Assembly (NCBI RefSeq): GCF_964204865.1
Contig: NC_135256.1
Location: 2,356,001-2,420,000 of the forward strand
Direction: 5' to 3'
Source: Styela clava
Taxonomy: Eukaryota
DNA: 64,000 bases
In this document: piece by piece, positions 41,050 through 53,000 of the stretch
How the letters are laid out: each line of letters starts with the position of its first letter
How positions within the stretch are numbered: position 1 is the stretch's first letter
The notes under the pieces: generated by a model
The model's database searches: none
The model's input: the letters and a program-made list of their open reading frames with translations, nothing else
Told to the model about the DNA's origin: nothing
Made by a program: the position numbers and the translations under genes

Positions 41050-44000
41050 ATGGAGCAGGAGATCGGGCCAGCTATGTCGGTGTCAGGGACACACATAACC
41101 GATTCCGTTCTGCAAGACTTGAGCGTGAACAACGCTGAAGAAGTCTCCGTGACAGCAGAACGTTCAGAAATCGCATATGTAGACGAAGCATCTGTGATAG
41201 CAGAACAAGCGAATGTACCAGCTAGAGATGTCGTCATTACTGCGGAACAATGCCACATCGGTAAGATAATTATTTTTGGAATATTGTTTAAACCCAGTGT
41301 TTCTGGCAACGCCGAATTGCCGTTGTTTCTCTTGACATCTAGAAGTGCGGTCAGGGCACTCAAGTTTGAAATATGAAAGACAAAAAAAATTTCACTCGAT
41401 GATATTTCAATTTGGTTCATTTTCGCCCATTGGAAATCGCTGATTTAAAGAGAAATAGCAGGCAAAACTGTATTTGAAATTTTCCCAAATTTCGCAAATT
41501 CTGATTGAAATGATGAAATCAGAATTATGTAAAATTACAAAGTACTAATGATGTAGGTTTTAGTTTACACCGAACAATGTATAGCTGATAAGCAAGCAAA
41601 CTGATAAGTATATGCAATATTAAATCAGTAGGCAATGGCATCAGATGTTGATTAATTTAAAAAAAAATAAGTTTACGGTTTTTAGGGCACAGGAAAGTGC
41701 TTCTAATTATTACTTAATCCAATTTATTTGGTATATGTGACTGTTATATGGTATTATATTACAGCGAGCAACGAGACAAGTGTGAAAGCTCAAGAAGTTT
41801 CCGTTTCCACTGAGCAAGCAAACACTAGAGCAGGGGAGGCAATTATCACTGCAACTGTACTTCAACAAACCAACATTGATGGTAAAATATTTTTATACCT
41901 CTTGTCAAACTTACTTTCAATGTGGCCAACAAGTCACATTCTTGTGTGAAGATTTTAAAATTTGAGTTCTGGCGATGTTTGTTGGAAGAAATGTTATGTT
42001 ATAGAAGAGTTATATGCATTAAATTGACTTTCTTTTATTTCAAACTCATGACGCATTCACTCACCCTCGGTGACTGCCAAGTATATTTCTACCGCTTATT
42101 TGCATCAATAATATTGCATTCGTTGGAGCCAATCTATGCTACTGTTGATTCACAAATTAGATTCGAAATGGGCTCTGCAACTAATCAGGAATACCTTAGT
42201 GTTGCTTTAGTTAATTTTATGGCTGTCAAATACGATCACTATTATAATTGAAAAGGTCATTTATTTCATTTCCAGAAACCAGCATTTCCGGGGCTGCTGT
42301 TCAAGATATGAGCATAGAAAGTGCGAAAGATGTTTCGGTGATCTCTGAACATACAGAAATAGCGTCGCAAAAGGCAACTGTCCAAACAGTGGAGGCAAAT
42401 GTTTCGGCAGCAGAAGCTCATATCTCTGCAGACACTTTGCAACAAACCAACATAACTGGTATGATTGTTTGTAAGTTTTCGACTTATTTTACAGAAAAAA
42501 GTTCTAAACCAGTGATTTGCCACCTTTTTGATACATTTCCTCTTGCCTATTACTTCTTCCATTTCCATGAAAACTCCACATTCAATAAATTTTTAACAGA
42601 TATTCATCTAATGCAACGTTGGATTTTACACGGTTCGAATAGTTGAAAAATTGTGTATAAATATATTTTGCAATAATACTAGAAAACTAATTGATATTAG
42701 TAAAATTGCAGCAATTTTTTATTTTTATCTGAAACAAAACTCCTCTTTGTGAAAAAAGTCCGCCTTGGTTAAGAAACACTGATCTAATCTATCGTGCTTT
42801 TATATTTTAAGAAGTTTTTATGATCAGATCAGAACTTCTCCTTTTTAGTAAAACTAACTAGAACAGGGTGGTCCCCTGGTGGTCAAGGTTGCGAGGTTGA
42901 AGGCCCGCAAAAACTTTTGAGGAGGTCTCGCGGGCCGCAGTCGGAGAAAGCCCAAAAGTGATCAAAACATCGCGAGTTTACTCACTTTAAATATATTTAA
43001 AAATGAGAGTTTATCGTTTTAATCAGTTTTTCAAGGAAACTATATGAAGTTATTTAGTTATTTTAAAATTGCTTCCCGAGAAATATTGTGGTATTTTCGG
43101 TATCTTTTTTCGCGTTTGATTTTGTAAAGTCGCTTAAATTTATATTCTTCCGGGACAGATATTACTTTGAAACACACCAGACACTGTGGTTTAACGTTGT
43201 CGTGTCTAAGAAAATGCGTCTCCTCTCAGTTTATCGCGATCACCTTTGTTCTACAATTTATATTTTTTCTACATTCATAGTATGACGAATAGTTATATTT
43301 AAAAAAAATTTATTACTTGTAGCGCGAGCAGTCCCAGTGCCACCGTCAAAAAACAACCGTCCGTATAAGTTGGGACCTCGGACCCAGATAATAAAAAAAA
43401 CAAGCTGGATCACACGGAGCTCTGTCAGCTCTGCGGTTCGTCAATGCCGTCACATGACCAACGCTTGAAAATAGAGGAGTGTTTTGGCAAAAATAAAGGC
43501 ACGAAATGCCTCTTCAAACGAGGAGTTACTTGACGCGAGCTCATCTCATTGGCTTAGTCTTGTCTACACAAGACAATTCATGCTCCGTTTACCTATCATA
43601 GGACGTCATTTCCATACAGGCACCGTCTTGACGTTTATATGTACAACAATGAAATTTCGTGATATTAACAAACAACAATCCCAACATCGGGATTAGGAAA
43701 AGGACTTTTCCCAGTGGGAATAGTTTGAAAATAAATCAAAATTGTTTTGCTAATAAATACAAATATCTGCCAATTGTTTAGTAGTGTACGCTGAAATTGT
43801 TCTGCGGGCCACATGCGGCCCGCGGGCCGCAGTTTGGACCATCCTGAACTAGAGTAATCCGATCCCATAGAAGCTTTCTGATCGTTTATTAGTAGGTAAG
43901 TTTAAATTCAATAGAAATACAGAAAATAAATGGCATTAGCCATTAGTTAATAGCAAAGATCAGGGCTTTGGTTGTGGATTCGAGATCATGGTTCTAAGCC

Positions 44001-47000
44001 ATTTAAAGAAATCTATTCGTTTCATTTCCAGAAACCAGCATCGCCGGTGCTGCTGTTCAAGATATGAGCATAGAAAGTGCGAAAGATGTTTCGGTGATCT
44101 CTGAACACACAGAAATAGCGTCGCAAAAGGCAACTGTCCAAACAGTGGAGGCAACTCTCTCTGCAGCAGAAGCTCATATTTCTGCAGAGACTTTGCAACA
44201 AACCAACATAACTGGTATGATTGTTTAAAAGTTTTCTACATCTTCAACAAAAAAGGGTTCTAAACCAGTGATTTGCCAACTTTTTTGATCTATTCCTTCA
44301 CTTGTCTATTCCCTCTTCCTATTCATGGAAACTCCCACATTTGATAAATTTTTAACGAATATTTAGGTAATGCAGCTCGCACTTTGGATATCGCGAGGTT
44401 TGAATAGTTGGAATTTGATGAATAAATATGTATGTATTGCAATAACCATAGAAATGAAACAATATTGGTAAAATTGCACTAAATTTTGGTTTCTCCTATT
44501 TGCGAAGAAACTCCTCGTTTAGGAAACACTGGTCCAAAATATTGTACACTCATGTTTAAACTAGATTTATTGAGTGACTCAGAACTTCTTCTATTTCTGA
44601 AAAATGAATCAAAGTGATCTTATCCCGTAGAAGTTTTCTATCTAATTATTGATTAGTTGGCAAATAAATTTTAATTCGTTGATTTACTTGGGTTTTAAAT
44701 ATGAAATGTACTATAAATAGATTATAGCAACAATGAGGGCTGTGGTTTCAGATTCATGGTTTGGTTGGAATGGACGTTTCTATCAAGCCTTAGTAATCAG
44801 TATTTTATTTCTCCAGCATGCTTGGCTACGCAGTGGGCACACACAAAGTAATAGCACCATGAAAAAAAATTGAAACACGTTGGATTGTAAAAAGTGATTT
44901 TGTAACTTTTATTAACTAAATCTGTTCTATTCATTCCAGAAACCAGCATTACCGGGGCTGCTGTTCAAGATATGAGCATAGAAAACGCGAAAGATGTTTC
45001 GATGATTTCGGAACATACAGAAATAGCGTCGCAAAAAACAACTGTCCAAACAGTAGAGGCAACTGTCTCTGCAGCAGAAGCTCATATTTCTGCAGCAGAA
45101 GCTCATATTTCTGCAAAGACTTTGCAACAAACCAACATAACTGGTATGATTGTTATAGCAATAAAACAATATTGGTGAAATTGCGCGAAATTTGGTTTCT
45201 CCTATTTGGAAAGAAACTCCTCGGTTAGGAAACACTGGTCTAAAATATTGTACACTCATGTTTAAACTAGTTTTCTCAAGTGACTCAGAACTTTATCTAT
45301 TTCTGGAAAATTACCCAAAGTAATCTTATCCCGTATGAGGTTTCTTGTCTAACAACAATTAGTCGCAAATAGATTTTTATTCCCTGAATTTTTTGAATTT
45401 TACATATAAAATGTACGAGTTATAAATTAGAGCAACAATCAAAGCTGTAGTTTCGGAGTCATGGTTTGGTTGAAATGAACGTTTCAACCGAACCTTATTC
45501 AGTAATTAGTAGTTTATTTCTCCAGCATGCTTGGACACGCATTATACATACCCAAAGTAATAGAACCATAAAAAAATTGAAAAAGGTCGGATTGCAAAAA
45601 CTGATTTTATAACTTTTATTAAAGCAATCTGTTTTTTTATTTTATTTCCAGAAACCAGCATTACCGGGGCTGCTGTTCAAGATATGAGCATAGAAAGTGC
45701 GAAAGATGTTTTGGTGATCTCTGAACATACAGAAATAACGTCGCAAAAGGCAACTGTCCAAACAGTGGAGGCAACTCTCTCTGCAGCAGAAGCTCATATT
45801 TCTGCAGAGACTTTGCAACAAACCAACATAACTGGTATGATTGTTTAAAAGTTTTCTACATCTTCAACAAAAAAGGGTTTTAAACCAGTGATTTGCCAAC
45901 TTTTTTGATCTATTCCTTCACTTGTCTATTCCCTCTTCCTATTCATGGAAACTCCCACATTTGATAAATTTTTAACGAATATTTAGGTAATGCAGCTCGC
46001 ACTTTGGATATCGCGAGGTTTGAATAGTTGGAATTTGATGAATAAATATGTATGTATTGCAATAACCATAGAAATGAAACAATATTGGTAAAATTGCACT
46101 AAATTTTGGTTTCTCCTATTTGCGAAGAAACTCCTCGTTTAGGAAACACTGGTCCAAAATATTGTACACTCATGTTTAAACTAGATTTATTGAGTGACTC
46201 AGAACTTCTTCTATTTCTGAAAAATGAATCAAAGTGATCTTATCCCGTAGAAGTTTTCTATCTAATTATTGATTAGTTGGCAAATAAATTTTAATTCGTT
46301 GATTTACTTGGGTTTTAAATATGAAATGTACTATAAATAGATTATAGCAACAATGAGGGCTGTGGTTTCAGATTCATGGTTTGGTTGGAATGGACGTTTC
46401 TATCAAGCCTTAGTAATCAGTATTTTATTTCTCCAGCATGCTTGGCTACGCAGTGGGCACACACAAAGTAATAGCACCATGAAAAAAAATTGAAACGCGT
46501 TGGATTGTAAAAAGTGATTTTGTAACTTTTATTAACTAAATCTGTTCTATTCATTCCAGAAACCAGCATTACCGGGGCTGCTGTTCAAGATATGAGCATA
46601 GAAAACGCGAAAGATGTTTCGGTGATTTCGGAACATACAGAAATAGCGCCGCAAAAAACAACTGTCCAAACAGTAGAGGCAACTGTCTCTGCAGCAGAAG
46701 CTCATATTTCTGCAGCAGAAGCTCATATTTCTGCAAAGACTTTGCAACAAACCAACATAACTGGTATGATTGTTATAGCAATAAAACAATATTGGTGAAA
46801 TTGCGCGAAATTTGGTTTCTCCTATTTGGAAAGAAACTCCTCGGTTAGGAAACACTGGTCTAAAATTTTGTACACTCATGTTTAAACTAGTTTTCTCAAG
46901 TGACTCAGAACTTTATCTATTTCTGGAAAATTAACCAAAGTAATCTTATCCCGTATGAGGTTTCTTGTCTAACAACAATTAGTCGCAAATAGATTTTTAT

Positions 47001-50000
47001 TCCCTGAATTTTTTGAATTTTACATATAAAATGTACGAGTTATAAATTAGAGCAACAATCAAAGCTGTAGTTTCGGAGTCATGGTTTGGTTGAAATGAAC
47101 GTTTCAACCGAACCTTATTCAGTAATTAGTAGTTTATTTCTCCAGCATGCTTGGACACGCATTATACATACCCAAAGTAATAGAACCATAAAAAAATTGA
47201 AAAAGGTCGGATTGCAAAAACTGATTTTATAACTTTTATTAAAGCAATCTGTTTTTTTATTTTATTTCCAGAAACCAGCATTACCGGGGCTGCTGTTCAA
47301 GATATGAGCATAGAAAGTGCGAAAGATGTTTTGGTGATCTCTGAACATACAGAAATAACGTCGCAAAAGGCAACTGTCCAAACAGTAGAGGCAAATCTGT
47401 CTGCAAACGAAGCTCACATCTCTGCAGAGACTTTGCAACAGACCAACATAACTGGTATGATTGTTTAAAAGCATTCCAAATATTTTGAACTTAAAGGTCG
47501 AACTGTCATTGATATATAACGATCCATGTAGATTCAGCGAAAATTTGTTTATGGTTGCTTAGCATATTTGCATGAACAAGCTATGGCGTGCTAATATGTT
47601 ACGTATGTAATTTCATTTTCAATTTAACATAGTATGTAATTCAGACCAAATCATTGGAACTATTTTCTCTACTTCGAGCCAAACTCACTGCAAACATATC
47701 CCACATGTTGTTCGCAGCTGTCAGGTCATGGCTTGTCTGACCATGACTGATGATATCACACTAAGGTGCTCAGTTATCTAGCGATATATTCTCAGTTGCC
47801 AAAAATATGATATAACACTTATCAATACGCAGACCCTCGTGTATGAAATGGATACACAGTGTGAAAACATACTTACTAAATTATTTGTAAGATTCAGCAA
47901 AAACATTGAAAATAAAACTGTTTTTTAGAAACCAAAATAACTGATGCTACTGTTGGGGAAATAAAAGCAACGAATATTCAGATTAAAACAGTGTATTTGA
48001 TGCCTGCCACTTACGGTATGTTAGAATATTTGAATTGTTTGCTTACTGTAAATAGACTTGTTTTTCAAAAAATCATCACCAAGTTATCAATATAACACCA
48101 AGCTATTTGATATTTCAAACCGTAACATGTAGTTGACAACAGCGGTGGACAATTTCCATGATTTTAGGAGCGACTTGGATCGTCAACCAAGAAATACATC
48201 GCTTTGCTCAAAAACGGTTCTTGAGTTCCACTGAATTGAGCCCTTGAACTCCGAGAGAATTTGATGACGGCTCTTACTAACATGAGGAAACAACAACTGT
48301 TAGGAGTCATGTTTTCTCGCCGTTTATTGGCGATCTATCACCATTAACGTGCATCAGGTTCCGTACATTTTGCAAACGTTTTTGGTCAAAACTCAAAGTT
48401 CATTGTTTACACAGTGGGAACGGGAGCAAACAAGCACCCGATGACGTATGAAAATATACCGGCACTTGTGGGCGTCTCACCAACGGCTAAGGGTGAGAGT
48501 TATTATTTCCTATTATTATTAGTTAAACTCTACCAACAGAAAGCAAATGCATTGACATATATTAGCCTTGTAGGATCTGCATGCTGAAGTCAGTCTACAT
48601 TCCAACCAAATCTTGTCAACTTGGAAGCAAAATGCTGCTTTTCAGGATAGGCTATGATTTACGTATTTATCCCAGAAAGGCGATAAGACGGCTCAATCAT
48701 ATGACAAACCACGGCCTCTCGTCCGGTCCCCATTTCATGTCAGCTATGGATTAGTTAGCCAGTTATTTGTTTTCCAAATCATGGACTTGATGGTGTAGGA
48801 AGCCGTATTCGACCAGCAGCAATCACTGAAATTCAATTTGCCTTCCTTAGACAACCTTTCTTAAATCAAGCCATGATAGTCTTATTATTATTAGGCCTCG
48901 AATATTTTTCATTTTGACAATGAATGTTACGTGTTTGAAATATCATTAATAAATCAGCTGCGCGGAGATCGTCTTCGACCGAATAGGAAAAGAGCAAATG
49001 CAGTGGTGCCAAATGCCAACTCTAAAACAGTGTCCATTCGGATTACAGTGTGCCACAGATGTTGATACTAAAACTAAACGTTTTTACCTATTATGCTTTG
49101 ACGGGATGGCACTATCAGGAATGAATATTACAGCCTGTGTTCTTCAAATCTCCATAAACAACAGTCTACTTGACTGTATACACTTAAATGCATTGTGACT
49201 TGAAAAATTTGTAACAGTCGCTCAAGGATTGCAAAATCAGGTCGAAAGCAACAACACTCGCCAAACAGTTGGTGTGGTACAAAAAAGCCGATAATTAATT
49301 TTAGTGTCACTCGGGTATGAACAAAGCAACAGATTTCTAAGCAGTGAAAGAACAAATAATTGCTATACCCAAACACAAATAAATTACAAATATAAGTCTC
49401 TGTTAGGCGAGCCAGAACTAACTGAGAACTGCTCAGCGGGCAATTAGCACAACGTGACAAAGTATAAAAAAACGCAAGTAGGAACACATGGTTCTAACCC
49501 AAAGTCAAACGGTCTCTTGCAACACTTAGTGGACATAAACCCACGGGTATATATGTCAGTAATGCACTTGTAATTCAACGGCCATTACAACAAACTACAG
49601 ACAAAATGCAAAAATAGTTTTATTTGTATTGAAACTGTATGCAATCGTACCATGCTTCCCTGTAATTTGAATTGGAAATAAAAAATATTGCTTTATTCCG
49701 AACGCTAATAATATTTTCATCTTGTTTGTATAGCTTCCGTTATTCATGTATTATACTTCAGCACACAGTAATCTGATACTAATACTAGTTTGTAGAACTC
49801 TTAATGACAGCATCTTCTGTTAGCGAATAACATTTCTATTATTTACAAGATTCGATATTAACGGTCGTCAGAGTGAAAAGCTTCATGCACAGACGCTGGA
49901 TATTGTCATGTTTATTCGAGAATTTCCTTCCAAAATATCAAATCCTAGGCGTTGAGAAATACTACATCAGTTGACATTTAAACTAACCATCCTATAGCTA

Positions 50001-53000
50001 ATTGCGGTCAACTCTGTCAGTCTGAATGAATAGACTTGGATCTCGTACGTCTATCGGGATTTGTTGCGCTTATAGAGCTGGAAAGCGATGTAGAAACGTC
50101 AATATGATTGATCAGAAATATTGAGAAACGGCTGCGCGTTTTTTTGTGGCTGAGAGTTTTGTAACGTACAGAATATCATGTATATTGACTTCTGCAGTAT
50201 GCGAAAGTTATGGTCGCCCGCAAAGTGTTTTTGCAATGGTCACATCAAGAATGCAATCTTTTCTAATTTCCAATTTTTTCCAAGCAAAAAACGAATCGGT
50301 CATGTAACAGTTATGGTTTGAGAATATTTATTATTTGTTGTTTAGATAACACATATATACTTGGCAAGGTTTTTTGAGGAAATATCAAATATATATAGTC
50401 AAATTAACAAATTAAATGGAACGTAAAAAATATAGGCTTATCAGCAACTGCGATTATTTTTGTATGGGTGTGTGTATTATCTGCATATTTAGTACACATT
50501 CATTTTTGTGTATGACCTTATTACCGATCAGTCAATCGCAATCTAATTTGAATACTTTAGTTTATCGCGGTCGAAAACAGGTTGGCCATCCCTGACTTTT
50601 TTTTTGTTTTCTGGAATAATGAAACAGACAGCTTAGGAAAAATATGAAACTTTAGTGCAGGATTAAATAGTGTAAACTAATTTTTAAAAAATTGCAGAAA
50701 AATATGTGGCAGCTTTTAAAAGAGATGTCAATCGTGATGCATACCGCAAAGCAAAGGGTTCTGTTACCGACTTGTACAGAGACCAAAGGCTGGTCGAACC
50801 AGAGTTTGAAGCAAATCCTCGCGTTCGAGAACTATCTCATTTCTTCAGTGGTGAGATGGCACCGAAGAAAAAAAAATACCAAAAGGAAGTTGGATTCAGT
50901 GTTTCAAAAGAGTTTGGCAGTGAAGGAAACTTGGTGGATTTGAAACAGATATTGCAAAGCTTCAACTCAAAAAAGAATCGTCACATAGCAATCGTTGGGC
51001 AAGCAGGAAGTGGTAAAACGACCTTTGTAGAACGGATGGTTCGTGATGTTGCAGAAAACAATAATCTATGTGATGATCGTTTTTCTCCCGACCAAACAGA
51101 AAGGCGCTACGAAATCATTTACTTTGTCTACATTCGAGATCTTCTTGATTCGGAGTCAATTAATGCGAAAGATTTACTTTTTGGAAACGTCATCACTGAT
51201 TCAAGTGAGGAAAGCATAAAATATGGATATGAATGGATCATTGAAAACCAGGAAAAGGTCGTATTTTTCTTTGATGGATTAGATCAGGCGACTTGGTCTC
51301 TTGGCGGACATCATCGCAAGATAAATCACAAGGATAAGGCCAGTACAGCAACGGTGATGTACAACGTTATCACTAGTCATCTTTTTCCCAGAGTTCAAAT
51401 TGTCATCTCCTCTCGCGAGCATTGCATAGCTTCTCTCACTGTGGACCTTCGACCCCAGCTTATCTACGCGTTAGTAGGTTTGAGCCCAGATGATGTCAAG
51501 AGATTATTCATTGCACTCCTTGGTAAAATCGGCCAACATCAATGGGATCGGATGTGTTCAACCTCTCCTGCAATTATCCCTCTGTCTTCAGTCCCAGTAT
51601 TTTTAATATACAACGCCATCGTTCAGAAGTTTAATCCGGAAAATCCACCTGATACCATGACAGGAGCTATGTTTGAGATCCTTGATATTCTTCTGCAATC
51701 TCAGCATGTCAGAGATAAGCAGGTTCTGCACAAGTTGAAAGAAATGGCTTTTCGAGCAATGAGCGAAGGACGAGTCGTCTTTACAAAAGATGAATTACTG
51801 AAGTTTGGATTAGATCCGGATTCGATTCAAGACCTGGTTATCAAAGTTCCAGGCCGCACAAGGGCGAGTCATTGCCTGCTTGAAGGAACCCAACAAATAT
51901 ATTTCTCACACCAAGTAATTGAAGAAAACCTTGCCGCCATGTTCGTGTCAGAAATTAGAGTTGAAGATTTCGAAGAATTCGTGAAAGGGTTCATTCATCA
52001 AGATCATTGGTCGATTGTTCGCAAATTCTTGTGTGGAATTCTTCTCAACCCAGATTTGGCAATTGATTGGGCTCCACAAATGCTTCAAAGTAAGATATCG
52101 CTGCATTTAACCTTTAGTAGTACAAAGCTGAATTTGGTTTCCTATAAAACTAACATCCCAAATTGAAGTAAGGAGGCTGTACGCAAGACGAAATTTTACA
52201 TAATATACCACAAATTCGTCAATACGCTTGTTTTAACATTTGTCATACTCACCCTCAAAAAAGTGGCGCAAACTTCGAAAGTTTAGTTTAGGTTTTTTTT
52301 TGTTTCTATTGGCCGCCTAGTTGTCGAAATAGAAAAGTCTTGCAACATAATTGTAATTGAATTACAAAATGCCGAACCTGAGAGATAAGGCTGTTTGAGT
52401 AGCATAAACGCCGATTTGCTTTATAAAGATCGTGTATTGCGTTAGGTCTAGTAGTTTCGCGAAATCCAGATTTGTACGATTAGAAGATGCATTTCAAACA
52501 TATTGGAACTATTAAATAATGGTATTTGAAATTCCCTATTTTTGTACAACGCCAAGAAGAAAAACTTCTGATTATTAATTTAACATATTTCTATTCGGTT
52601 TAAAGTATATTATTCCTTTGAATTATTGACAGTGCATTCGTAATCAACATTAATTTTTTTCAATAAATCTCAATTTAAAACTTATGGTTGTATTGTGTCA
52701 GCGAAGGAATGGCAGGTTATGCTCAATACTTGTTTTATAGTTAAAGATAAGAAGGCAAAAGAAGAAATATTGAGACGTAGCATGAATGAACAACTGAAGG
52801 AAGCAAACGATTCAACCGCTTTGATGGAATTGTTCGGAGCTTTGTACGAGTCGAATGACGCTGAATTGATTCGATCCCACGTTCATGATATTGATTTCAA
52901 GGAAGCAACAATCAACCCCAGTGGAATGCTGGCAATATCGTCAGTTATGCGTCGAAGTGGAAATCTAAATCTTCTGCGTTTTTCCTATTGCAATCTCACC

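Noticed and set aside
42276-42458. RHIM motif or coiled coil in the repeat
   Set aside because: No (I/V)Q(I/V/L)G core. The heptad has i, i+2, i+4 hydrophobic spacing and many beta-branched residues, unlike an a/d coiled-coil pattern. This is judged by eye and needs structure prediction.
50706-52166. 486-aa ORF as a stand-alone gene
   Set aside because: It begins at GTG inside an exon with a phase-1 acceptor at 50697 and reads through the donor at 52090. It is an internal exon.
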